A DNA stretch of 64,000 nucleotides from Candidatus Falkowbacteria bacterium. Lineage in GTDB: Bacteria > Patescibacteriota > Patescibacteriia > UBA11705 > JACRDX01. Position 1 is the stretch's first letter; each line of letters opens with the position of its first letter. Location of the stretch: positions 2,332 through 66,331 of the forward strand of contig JAZDOE010000008.1 of NCBI GenBank assembly GCA_043798985.1, in the 5' to 3' direction. Positions 53,823 through 62,501 of this stretch are shown one piece after another. Under the pieces are notes generated by a model. That model had not been told where the DNA came from. It searched no databases and saw only the letters and a program-made list of their open reading frames with translations. Position numbers and translations under genes: made by a program.

Positions 53823-54401
53823 TCACTCCCTAACAATTCTCAACGCTTGTTTCACCCTTTCACCAATATCCAATGTTGAATCGGTCTTTTTCAAAGCCTC
53901 ACGCGCCTTGTCGCGTGCGTATCCCAGTGCGATCAGCGCCTCAACCGCGTCTATGTCAGAATCCATTTCTTCGCGCGACCGCACCTCGCCAATACCCACG
54001 ATTCCCGCGACTTTGTTTTTCAATTCCAAAATAATCCGCTCCGCTGTTTTCGCGCCGATTCCCGAAACTTTCCGCAAAATTGACGCGTCCTGATTTATAA
54101 TCGCTGATTTTATGTCATTGATTTTTGCCACTGACAAAACGCCCAACGCGGATTTTGGCCCGATTCCTGAAATTGAAATCAGTAATTCAAACAATTTTAA
54201 TTCCTCTGCTGTCGCAAATCCGAAAAGTTGAAGCGCGTCTTCGCGGACATGCTGATGAGCAAAAAGCTCAATGTCATCGTTAATTTCAATTTTCAACAAA
54301 AATTCTTGCGGAACAAAAATTTGATAGCCGATTCCATTGTTTTCCAGCACAACAAAATTCTCTTCCTTAAATTTAATTTTTCCCTTTATATACGCGATCA
54401 T
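53823..54401 (-). CDS. ruvA: Holliday junction DNA helicase RuvA.
   Basis: MIAYIKGKIKFKEENFVVLENNGIGYQIFVP...ISISGIGPKSALGVLS. Confidence 0.85.
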   Translation of the reverse strand: MIAYIKGKIKFKEENFVVLENNGIGYQIFVPQEFLLKIEINDDIELFAHQHVREDALQLFGFATAEELKLFELLISISGIGPKSALGVLSVAKINDIKSAIINQDASILRKVSGIGAKTAERIILELKNKVAGIVGIGEVRSREEMDSDIDAVEALIALGYARDKAREALKKTDSTLDIGERVKQALRIVRE

Positions 54402-54488
54402 ACATACAAATAATACATCACAACCAATATTTTTTCAATCTTCTGAAATTAAAATAGGGAATGTTGTTTCAACATTCCCAAATTCTCC

Positions 54489-54516
54489 GTAGAGCCGAGA
54501 TATATCTCGGCTCTAC
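54489..54516. repeat. Family B palindrome, copy B2 (GTAGAGCCGAGATATATCTCGGCTCTAC), abutting the stop codon of paralog 2.
   Basis: Perfect palindrome; differs from B1 by a compensatory A/T to C/G change. Confidence 0.6.
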
Positions 54517-55466
54517 TACGCGAGGGCGACCAAACCGCCGGCGATATAGTCATAAGCACCCGCAAGACGCCGACCGTCACGGAAGAAGGCAGAAACATCA
54601 TAAGCATAGCAATCGAGCGACCAGCCGCGCCAAGCGAGCGCTGCCATGTCATAGCACGGCGTCTTGTTGTCGCGCAGCAGTTCTGCCGCGTACATACTCA
54701 TTGCGCACATGGTATCCAACCCACCTGCAAGCATGAACATTTCCGGCAAGGTTGCCATCTGCTCTCTGTCTGCATTGATGGAATATCCCTGCAGCGCGGT
54801 CGGGAAGTAAATCCCCACCACCGGCTCTTTGCTTGCCGCTTCCAGCACCCTCTCATGCCTGCTTCCCTGCCAAATCGTCACTTCTCCGGAAAGCTGACCG
54901 TTGAGATTGTTGTGGAAGGGACGATTGGGAAACGCCTTCGTGTATGCTCTTGCCACTGCCGACAAAAGCACCTTGTCCATCTTATCCCCGTAGTTTGCCG
55001 CCGTCACTCCGAGCCCTCCGGGGATGACGAACGGGTACCATGCGCCTTTCAGCACGTTCTTAATCGTTTCGTCCGCCTCAATCTTCATTACCAGCGCATT
55101 GATGCGCTCAAAAAACTGCTCAACGGACACGAACGTCAGCGACTTGTCATTGAACACCTCCTGCGCCAATTTCAGCTTCGCGCCAAACGGCAACTGCTCA
55201 AGTCGCGTCGGGCAGTAACCATAGTTCGCGTCGCACACCGAACTTTTCATCCCCTGCGGCGGGATTCTGCGCCCGTTCTTGTCATAGACCAGCGTCGGCG
55301 TCGGCTCTATCACCACCTCATGCGTCTTGTCACCCTGAGGCTCTCGAAGGGCGACCACTCTGACCGTCAGCTCGCCGTTCGCAATTTTGCGCGCAATTTC
55401 CGTGCCACCGAGACGATTCAACAATGCTTCGTCCTCATTGCGCATCCAGTCACCATACTTTCCCAT
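54516..55466 (-). CDS. Conserved hypothetical protein, GC-rich, paralog 2; its N-terminus contains a family A palindrome insertion.
   Basis: 316 aa; VVALREPQGDKTHEV is encoded by 55329..55355. Confidence 0.5.
   Translation of the reverse strand: MGKYGDWMRNEDEALLNRLGGTEIARKIANGELTVRVVALREPQGDKTHEVVIEPTPTLVYDKNGRRIPPQGMKSSVCDANYGYCPTRLEQLPFGAKLKLAQEVFNDKSLTFVSVEQFFERINALVMKIEADETIKNVLKGAWYPFVIPGGLGVTAANYGDKMDKVLLSAVARAYTKAFPNRPFHNNLNGQLSGEVTIWQGSRHERVLEAASKEPVVGIYFPTALQGYSINADREQMATLPEMFMLAGGLDTMCAMSMYAAELLRDNKTPCYDMAALAWRGWSLDCYAYDVSAFFRDGRRLAGAYDYIAGGLVALA
55329..55355. repeat. Family A palindromic element, copy A3 (GTCACCCTGAGGCTCTCGAAGGGCGAC).
   Basis: In-frame within paralog 2. Confidence 0.55.
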
Positions 55467-55624
55467 GGCATCCTCCTTGCAGGCGGTAAACCCGCAATGC
55501 TTTTGCCCCTGCCCGAGGCTCGGGTTTCTCTTTTGCGCCGATAGACAACCGGTGACCGCAAAAAAGAAATTGACGCTTGTATATTACCAAACGTCAACGA
55601 ATCTGTCAACGGCAAACGCTAATT

Positions 55625-56893
55625 TTACACAATTTTCCTGCGCAACAATGTCATTTCCGGAACATTTTTATTTATTTCCAAATAAATTTCCTGCTTTTGC
55701 CCACCATGTGCTTCTTTTATCCGTTTCATATCTTTATCAAAAATCTTTGTAATTTTTTGTTTAAAAACTTTACCCACTGGTGGTACGAACTCAATCTCAT
55801 CACCCACAAAAATCTGATTATGCACCAAAACTTTAATTATTCGCAGATTAGTAACATTCGAATGATTCGTAGCTTCGTAGCCACCAACAACTTCGCCGCA
55901 AAACTCCCATTCGCACGTTTCATGGCTCGCGTCTGTTTTTTGCCCTTGCCACGCCGAAGCTCCGCGAAGGCGGGCGCATTTTTCCTTTCCAAATAAAAAT
56001 CCTGTTGTAAATCCGCGGTTCTGATATTTTTTTAATTCTTTAATATAATATTTATCCAGAGACGAGACATGCCTCGTCTCTACAAGAGAATCAATTGCCG
56101 CGCGATAAACTTTTGTCACGCCGGCAACATAATAAATACTTTTTGACCGGCCCTCAATTTTAAACGACGAAATGCCGGCTTTTGCCAAATCTCTCAAATA
56201 TTCAACCAAACACAAATCTTTTGAATTCATAATATAACTCCCGCTATCATCCTCTTCAATCAACAACACTCTGTCATGCTGAGGCTCTCGAAGCATCTTA
56301 TAACTCCATCTGCATGGCTGCGTGCAATCACCGAGATTTGCGCTTCGTTTTGTAAAAAACTGCGACAACAAACAACGGCCAGAATATGACATGCACATTG
56401 CGCCATGGACAAAACATTCCAGCTCAACTTTTGGCGCGGCTTTGTGGATTTTTTTAATTTCTTCCAGCGTGGTCTCGCGCGCCAAAATGACGCGCGAGAC
56501 ACCTTGCCGCGCCCAAAATTTCGCAGACTCTGAATTTATACAATTTGCTTGCGTTGAAAGATGGATATTCGCTTTTGGCCAGATCTTTTTTATTAAAACC
56601 AACACACCCGGATCAGAAACAACTAAAGCATCGGGTTTTACTGTCCGCAACCATTTAATATGTTCTGCCAATTTTGCGAAATGTTTTTCACGCGGAAAAA
56701 TGTTCAAAGTTATGTAGACTTTTTTATTGCGCGAGCGCGCGAAGTCAATTCCTTGATGCAATGTTTTTAAATTAAAATCATTCACTCGCGCGCGCAAAGA
56801 AAAATCAGGGATGCCGCAGTAAACCACGTCAGCCCCAAATTCAATCGCGTATTTTAATTTTTTCAAACTCCCTGCTGGTGAAATCAGCTCCAT
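55625..56893 (-). CDS. Peptidase U32 family protein (PrtC / RlhA-like). It carries at least four in-frame repeat insertions.
   Basis: MELISPAGSLKKLKYAIEFGADVVYCGIPDFSLRARVNDFNLKTLHQGIDFARSRNKKVYITLN is canonical U32. Insertions: C2 at 55840..55883 (TNHSNVTNLRIIK), D2 at 55949..55976 (ARLRGASAWQG), B3 at 56058..56083 (ETRHVSSL) and A4 at 56273..56297 (MLREPQHD). Confidence 0.7.
   Translation of the reverse strand: MELISPAGSLKKLKYAIEFGADVVYCGIPDFSLRARVNDFNLKTLHQGIDFARSRNKKVYITLNIFPREKHFAKLAEHIKWLRTVKPDALVVSDPGVLVLIKKIWPKANIHLSTQANCINSESAKFWARQGVSRVILARETTLEEIKKIHKAAPKVELECFVHGAMCMSYSGRCLLSQFFTKRSANLGDCTQPCRWSYKMLREPQHDRVLLIEEDDSGSYIMNSKDLCLVEYLRDLAKAGISSFKIEGRSKSIYYVAGVTKVYRAAIDSLVETRHVSSLDKYYIKELKKYQNRGFTTGFLFGKEKCARLRGASAWQGQKTDASHETCEWEFCGEVVGGYEATNHSNVTNLRIIKVLVHNQIFVGDEIEFVPPVGKVFKQKITKIFDKDMKRIKEAHGGQKQEIYLEINKNVPEMTLLRRKIV
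55840..55883. repeat. Copy C2 of the 44-nt repeat, in frame inside the U32 CDS.
   Basis: TTCGCAGATTAGTAACATTCGAATGATTCGTAGCTTCGTAGCCA; compare C1 at 12531..12574. Confidence 0.6.
55949..55976. repeat. Family D GC hairpin, copy D2 (CCACGCCGAAGCTCCGCGAAGGCGGGCG).
   Basis: Shares GCCGAAGC...CGAAGGC with 58059..58086 in ileS. Confidence 0.45.
56058..56083. repeat. Family B palindrome, copy B3 (AGAGACGAGACATGCCTCGTCTCTAC variant).
   Basis: Same arms as B1 with a different central loop (ACATGC versus ATATAT). Confidence 0.5.
56273..56297. repeat. Family A palindromic element, copy A4 (GTCATGCTGAGGCTCTCGAAGCATC).
   Basis: The central CTGAGGCTCTCGAAG is conserved; the stem is changed compensatorily (ATGC/GCAT). 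Confidence 0.5.
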
Positions 56894-56897
56894 ATTT

Positions 56898-57512
56898 TTA
56901 CGCGCTCCACCACGCCGCAATGCCAGCGAAAAATTCCCGTATTTTAAATTTCCACATTCCTGAATAATCGCTCAAATCAGACGCCACGCCAACCGCGTCA
57001 ACGCCCAGTTTATTGCAAACATACAACGCTCGTCCAAGATGCGCGCTTTGTGTCACCAAAATCGCGTCATTGATTTTAAAAACATTTTTCAAACGGTTGC
57101 ACGTGTCAAAAGTTGAAAGTCCAAGCGGATCCAAAATTAAATTATCGCTTTTCAACCCATGCGTGACAGCGAAATTCACCATTGCTTTTATCTCGTCGTG
57201 CGTCAAATCTGCGCTATCTCCGCTCATTAAAATTTTTTTGACCTTGCCTTCTTTATAAAGTTCCATTGCCATTAAAATTCTGTCTCTCAAAAAATCCCCG
57301 GGCCAATCTTTAAACTTTAAGCCGGCGCCGAACACAACTGCCACTTGCTTTTTCGGCGCCGAATCAAGCGTATAAATTTTATCAGCAATCTTGCGGTTTA
57401 TTAAAAAAAGAATTCCTGCAACAATCAACGCCAATAAAAAAATCAAAAAAATAAATCGTTTTGCCCATTTTTTCCACCTTTGCGGCCTGATTGTCTGTAT
57501 TATGGGATCCAC
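56898..57512 (-). CDS. SanA/YdcF (DUF218) family membrane protein.
   Basis: N-terminal TM helix, then KQVAVVFGAGL...ILMSGDSADLTHDEIKAMVNFAV... typical of DUF218. Confidence 0.65.
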   Translation of the reverse strand: MDPIIQTIRPQRWKKWAKRFIFLIFLLALIVAGILFLINRKIADKIYTLDSAPKKQVAVVFGAGLKFKDWPGDFLRDRILMAMELYKEGKVKKILMSGDSADLTHDEIKAMVNFAVTHGLKSDNLILDPLGLSTFDTCNRLKNVFKINDAILVTQSAHLGRALYVCNKLGVDAVGVASDLSDYSGMWKFKIREFFAGIAAWWSA

Positions 57513-60436
57513 AGTTTGATTTTAACAATTTCTTCGTTGACTTTTACGTCAACATTGCCCTCGCCCTCTTTAATGTCACTCGCCAAAACCGATTCCTTAA
57601 GTTTTGCCAGCATTTGTCCGTCAGCCAACAAATCTTTCAGCGCAACGCTGTCCGTTTGGTAGCTGATGACAACGCGGTCGCTAATGGTAAGCCCCTGCTT
57701 TTTTCGCAAAGAATTAATCTGCCGAACAAACTCACGCAACAAACCTTCTTTTTGTAGCTCCGCGGAAATTTCTTGTGCCAAATTTATTGACGCTGCCGAA
57801 TCAGTTTTGAGTTTGAATCCAACTTTGTTGTTAATTTTTGCCGCGGAAACAACCTCTTTCACGTTCACCTCTTCGGCAATAATGTTTTCAATTTCCGTGT
57901 CTAACGTTTTTTTATTGGGTAAAAAATATTCCAACGTTGCCAATGGCTGCCGAACTTTTATTTTCAATTCTTCGCGGCTAGCCAAGGCCAACTCAACGAT
58001 TTTCCTCGCCAACTCCATTTGCCCCAAAATTTCATTTTGCGACTTTTCTAATGCTTGCCGGCCGAAGCCTTGGCGAAGGCTGGGCCAATCTTCAAGGTGC
58101 ACTGACTCACGCGCAGCCTCGACGTTCATTTCCAAATAAATATGCTCGCTCAAAAACGGGGTGAATGGCGCCATGACTAAACTCAATTTGTATAAAACAA
58201 ATCCCAGCGTTTTAATTGCATCATTTTTATCAACTTCATCCGTTCGTTTAAATCTGTCACGCGATCGGCGAACAAACCACGTGGAAAGTTCGTTGATAAA
58301 ATCGCCGATTGGACGTTCTGCGTCAGCAATATTATATTTTTCCATTTTTTCCGTTGTCTCGCGGATCAATAAATTCAATTTTGCCAAAATCCAACGATCC
58401 AAAATGTTTTTGCTTTTCGGAATCGCGCGTTCAACTTGAACTTCTGGTGCATACATTTTATAAAATGACAAAACATTCAACAAAATCAAAACGATCTTTC
58501 GGTAAGCTTCTTCAACGCACTTTTCCGAGAAACACAAATCTTCTGCCTTTGCTACTGGCGATGACATCAAATAATATCGCAAAGCATCTGCTCCGTACTT
58601 TTCAACAATTGCCATTGGATCTGGATAATTTCTTTTGCGTTTTGACATTTTTTGGCCATCTTCTGCCAAAACCGTACCATTCACAATGACATTTTTAAAC
58701 GCTGAACTTTTAAACAAGCCAGTACTCAAAACATGCATTACGTAAAACCACGCGCGAGTATGATCAACCCCTTCCGCGATAAATTCAGCCGGAAAATTTG
58801 CTTCAAATTTTTCTTTATTTTCAAAAGGATAATGAAATTGTCCGTATGGCATTGACGCTGACTCAACCCAACAATCCAAAACTTCCGGAACGCGTCGCGT
58901 TTTTTGTTGGCATTTGGGACACACCAACTCTATTTTATCCACAAATTGTTTGTGCAAATTTTCCACTTTTTTGCCGGACAATTTTTCCAATTCTTCTCGC
59001 GAACCAACCACAATCACCTCGCCGCACGCGCATTTCCAGACGGGCATTGGATTTCCCCAATAGCGCGAGCGAGAAATTGCCCAATCGCGAGCACCTTCCA
59101 GCCATTTGCCAAATCTACCTTCTTTAATATGTTCTGGAAACCAATAAATTTTTTTCGCCTGTTTTAATAAATCGTCTTTAATTTTCGTGACCGCGATAAA
59201 CCAAGATAATGTCGTGTAATTCAACAACGGCGTGTCGCAACGCCAGCAATGCGGGTAGCTGTGTGTATATTCTTTACTTTCAAAAACCAAACCTTGCTTT
59301 TGTAAATATTCAACGACCAATTTGTCAGTTGCCATTGGATTTTCTTTTGGCTTAACTTCAACTCCTGCAAAATCTTTGATCTCGTCAACAAATTTTCCAT
59401 TTTGCAAAACATGCTGAATAAACGGCAGATTTTTCTCTTTGCCAAGCAACATGTCATCCTCGCCAAAGGCCGGAGCAATATGAACAACGCCTGTTCCATC
59501 TTCAGTTGAAACAAAATCCGCTGTCACAACTTTGTACAAATTTTCTTTGTTCAACATGTCAACATTAACAAAATAATCAAACAACGGTTTATAACTTTTC
59601 TCGACTAACATTTTGCCTTTAAATTCAGAAACTATTTCAAATTCTTTTTCTGCAAAAACATCCGGCGCCAATACTTTGGCAACGATGTATTTAACATTTG
59701 GTTCAGACTTTTCAACAACCAACGCATAGTCAACATTAGCACCAACGGCCAAGGCAACATTGCCGGGCAATGTCCATGGAGTCGTTGTCCAAGCAAGGAC
59801 AAATGTTCCGGGTTGATCAACCAGCTCAAATTTTGCTGTCACTGACAAATCAACAATATCGCGATAACCTTCAGCAACTTCAATATTGCTCAAAGTCGTT
59901 TCGCACCGCGGACAAATATGCATGGATTTTTTGCCTTCGTAAATCAACTTTTTGTCCCAAAGAGATTTAAATACCCACCAGACAGATTCCATAAACTTCA
60001 AATCCATTGTTTTGTAATCGTTTTCCATGTCAACCCAACGCCCGATCCGCTCAATAATTTTTTTCCATTCTTCCGCGTATGTCAAAACTTTTGACTCGCA
60101 AGCTTCGTTAAATTTTGCCACTCCTAATTTCTCAATTTCTTGGCGGGAATTTAATTTTAATTCTTGTTCAACAATGTTTTCAATCGGCAAGCCATGACAA
60201 TCCCAGCCCCATTTGCGCTCAACGCGACGACCTTTCATTGTCCAAAAACGCGGCACAATATCTTTTATTGTGCTGGCAACAATGTGGCCATAATGCGGCA
60301 AACCCGTGGCAAATGGCGGGCCATCGTAAAAAACATAAGAATTTTTCGCGTCTCTTTGCTCAACCGACTTTTCAAAAATCTTATTTTCTTTCCAAAATTT
60401 CAATAATTCTTCTTCTCTTTTCTGAAATGGTGTCAT
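57500..60436 (-). CDS. ileS: Isoleucyl-tRNA synthetase, type 2 (eukaryote/archaeal-like, about 980 aa).
   Basis: PPFATGLPHYGHIVAS (HIGH), KMSKRKRN (KMSKS). Start at the internal Met MTPFQKREEELLKFW. Contains the family D insertion at 58059..58086. Confidence 0.9.
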   Translation of the reverse strand: MTPFQKREEELLKFWKENKIFEKSVEQRDAKNSYVFYDGPPFATGLPHYGHIVASTIKDIVPRFWTMKGRRVERKWGWDCHGLPIENIVEQELKLNSRQEIEKLGVAKFNEACESKVLTYAEEWKKIIERIGRWVDMENDYKTMDLKFMESVWWVFKSLWDKKLIYEGKKSMHICPRCETTLSNIEVAEGYRDIVDLSVTAKFELVDQPGTFVLAWTTTPWTLPGNVALAVGANVDYALVVEKSEPNVKYIVAKVLAPDVFAEKEFEIVSEFKGKMLVEKSYKPLFDYFVNVDMLNKENLYKVVTADFVSTEDGTGVVHIAPAFGEDDMLLGKEKNLPFIQHVLQNGKFVDEIKDFAGVEVKPKENPMATDKLVVEYLQKQGLVFESKEYTHSYPHCWRCDTPLLNYTTLSWFIAVTKIKDDLLKQAKKIYWFPEHIKEGRFGKWLEGARDWAISRSRYWGNPMPVWKCACGEVIVVGSREELEKLSGKKVENLHKQFVDKIELVCPKCQQKTRRVPEVLDCWVESASMPYGQFHYPFENKEKFEANFPAEFIAEGVDHTRAWFYVMHVLSTGLFKSSAFKNVIVNGTVLAEDGQKMSKRKRNYPDPMAIVEKYGADALRYYLMSSPVAKAEDLCFSEKCVEEAYRKIVLILLNVLSFYKMYAPEVQVERAIPKSKNILDRWILAKLNLLIRETTEKMEKYNIADAERPIGDFINELSTWFVRRSRDRFKRTDEVDKNDAIKTLGFVLYKLSLVMAPFTPFLSEHIYLEMNVEAARESVHLEDWPSLRQGFGRQALEKSQNEILGQMELARKIVELALASREELKIKVRQPLATLEYFLPNKKTLDTEIENIIAEEVNVKEVVSAAKINNKVGFKLKTDSAASINLAQEISAELQKEGLLREFVRQINSLRKKQGLTISDRVVISYQTDSVALKDLLADGQMLAKLKESVLASDIKEGEGNVDVKVNEEIVKIKLWIP
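58059..58086. repeat. Family D GC hairpin, copy D1 (CGGCCGAAGCCTTGGCGAAGGCTGGGCC), inside ileS.
   Basis: Hairpin AGCCTT-GGCG-AAGGCT, translated in frame as WPSLRQGFGRQA. Confidence 0.5.
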
Positions 60437-60544
60437 AAAAAAATGTAATTTGTAATATGAATACATAATACAAAATTTAGCGCTAAAAATCAACCTTAAA
60501 AATTTTGACATTTTTTGCGCAAAAACGGATAATAAATAAACATT

Positions 60545-61849
60545 ATGCTTCTAACAATTTCGTTAATTTTTCGCGCGATCAGTTTAATCAACATGCAGGC
60601 GGCCATTTGTGTTTTAATCGCGCTCTTACCAACATACCTGATTCGATTCAAACTTTTTGGGCTGCCGACAACATTCTTGGAAATAATGTTGATAATGGTA
60701 ATCGGCGGATGGATAGCGAAAAAATTGCTTGCGAAAAATTTTAAAAAATCAATCGCGGAAATTTTCAATAAAATTCCAAAAATCTTAAAAATCATTATCG
60801 GATTTTTTTTATTGTCCGCGACAATCAGCCTTTTCATTTCACCAAACACTTTGGATGCGCTGGGAATTTGGAAAGCGTACTTTATTGAACCAATTATCTT
60901 GTTTCTAATTTGTCTTGATGTTTTTCAAACAAAAGATGACGCGAAAAAAATCATTGGCGCGTTGGCAATCAGCGCGTTCTTTGTCAGTGCCATGGCAGTC
61001 GTACAAAAATTCAGCGGATGGTTTGTGCCTTACACTTTTTGGGGCAAAGATAACGTGTACCGCGTCACCAGTTTTTACGGGTTTCCAAACGCGATCGGCC
61101 TATACCTTGTCCCGATTTTTCCATTACTCCTTTTGAAACTAACAACCAGCTGGAAAAAATTTACAGCTGTACACAAACGAGAAAAAATAAAAAGTTTTGG
61201 CAAAATTTTTATTCTGATCTTATCAATCGCGTTCAGCGTGCTGGCCATAATTTGGTCTCATTCAACAGGAGCAATGGCCGCGATTATAGGCGGCGCTCTC
61301 ATTATTGCTTTACTAAACAAAAAAACGCGCTGGCTCGCGATTTTATTAATTATCATTGCAGGAGTTTTAATTTATTTAAACCCCGCGCCAAAAATCGTCA
61401 GTGAAATTTTATTGAAAGACTGGTCTGGCCAAGTAAGAATAAAAATGTGGCAAGAAACTTGGACAATGCTCAAAGATAATCCGATTTTTGGCGCGGGGTT
61501 ATCCGGATACCAAACAACAATCGCTCCGTATCACATCTGGCCATTCGTTGAAATATTCATGTACCCACACAATTTTATTTTAACATTTTGGTCTGAACTT
61601 GGATTGCTTGGATTGCTAAGCTGGATTGGTTTGTTAATATTTATTTTCAAACTATCAACGCGCACAGACAGAACAATCGCGCTCGCTGTAATTTGGAGCG
61701 TGTCCGCAATTATAATCCACGGACTGGTTGATGTTCCTTATTTTAAAAACGATTTATCAATTCTTTTTTGGTTATTATTCGCGCTGCTATGTTTATCTTC
61801 GCGGCAAAACGATCATGACCATCACGTCAACCTCATTCCCAAAAATTAA
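60545..61849 (+). CDS. O-antigen ligase / polymerase-like membrane protein (Wzy_C-type domain).
   Basis: 434 aa, polytopic. A periplasmic loop with SHSTGAMAAIIGGALIIALL is typical of the O-antigen ligase family. Confidence 0.55.
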   Translation: MLLTISLIFRAISLINMQAAICVLIALLPTYLIRFKLFGLPTTFLEIMLIMVIGGWIAKKLLAKNFKKSIAEIFNKIPKILKIIIGFFLLSATISLFISPNTLDALGIWKAYFIEPIILFLICLDVFQTKDDAKKIIGALAISAFFVSAMAVVQKFSGWFVPYTFWGKDNVYRVTSFYGFPNAIGLYLVPIFPLLLLKLTTSWKKFTAVHKREKIKSFGKIFILILSIAFSVLAIIWSHSTGAMAAIIGGALIIALLNKKTRWLAILLIIIAGVLIYLNPAPKIVSEILLKDWSGQVRIKMWQETWTMLKDNPIFGAGLSGYQTTIAPYHIWPFVEIFMYPHNFILTFWSELGLLGLLSWIGLLIFIFKLSTRTDRTIALAVIWSVSAIIIHGLVDVPYFKNDLSILFWLLFALLCLSSRQNDHDHHVNLIPKN

Positions 61850-61867
61850 TTTGCGAGAATGAAAAAA

Positions 61868-61940
61868 TGGACTGTAAGAGACTCGAACTCTTGACCCCCT
61901 GCTTGCAAAGCAGGTGCTCTACCAACTGAGCTAACAGCCC
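61868..61940 (-). tRNA. tRNA-Ala (anticodon TGC) with the G3:U70 pair.
   Basis: Reverse complement GGGCTGTTAGCTCAGTTGGTAGAGCACCTGCTTTGCAAGCAGGGGGTCAAGAGTTCGAGTCTCTTACAGTCCA. Confidence 0.8.
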
Positions 61941-62068
61941 AAAATTTAATTGTAATTTCATACTACACCAAAAAAAACAAAAAATCAATCCTGTTGCATG
62001 GTTTCAAACTATTTGCTGTGGACATTTATTTTATCAACGCCGAGCAAACGTGATATAATATTGTTAAT

Positions 62069-62203
62069 ATGTTCGGTTTTTTTATTGACATAATCGGATC
62101 AAGTTTAGACGACTTCCCTCTTGGCGCGCTAAAATTTGTTTTAAGCGGTATCGCGCTTTTCGGATTTGTTGGCGTTGCGATTTATTGCGCGTTCAATATT
62201 TAA
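62069..62203 (+). CDS. Possible small hydrophobic peptide (44 aa) preceded by a TATAAT-like box.
   Basis: MFGFFIDIIGSSLDDFPLGALKFVLSGIALFGFVGVAIYCAFNI; GTGATATAAT lies upstream. Speculative. Confidence 0.2.
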   Translation: MFGFFIDIIGSSLDDFPLGALKFVLSGIALFGFVGVAIYCAFNI

Positions 62204-62299
62204 TCAGTTATCCACAGATTTGAAATAAAAAATTTGTTATATCCAAAAAACATTTTATAATAGAAGAAAGGAACGAAAAAATAAAAGGGATCGAAAACT

Positions 62300-62491
62300 A
62301 TGCCAATGAAAAAACGCAAGGTGGCCAAAAGAAAGGTCGCTCGCCCGCCGCGAAGCAGGGCTAAAAAAACAAAAAAGGCAAGAAAACCAGCTTGCCGATG
62401 CAAGAAACCAGCGAAGAGAAAGGTTGCAAAAAGAAAAGTCGCGAAACGAAAGCCAGCAAAAAAACGAAAAGCCGCAAAACGACGCAAGTAA
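62300..62491 (+). CDS. Highly basic small protein (63 aa, about 60% Lys/Arg) with AKRKV/KRKPAKK repeats, resembling the histone H1-like C-terminal domains of Hc1 / AlgP / BpH-type nucleoid proteins.
   Basis: MPMKKRKVAKRKVARPPRSRAKKTKKARKPACRCKKPAKRKVAKRKVAKRKPAKKRKAAKRRK. A Shine-Dalgarno-like AAAGGGA lies upstream and a strong terminator follows immediately. Confidence 0.6.
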   Translation: MPMKKRKVAKRKVARPPRSRAKKTKKARKPACRCKKPAKRKVAKRKVAKRKPAKKRKAAKRRK

Positions 62492-62501
62492 GATATAAAA
62501 A

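Noticed and set aside
54855-55544. 229-aa Arg-rich ORF on the plus strand.
   Set aside because: It is antisense to the GC-rich paralog 2. High GC content makes long spurious antisense ORFs likely.
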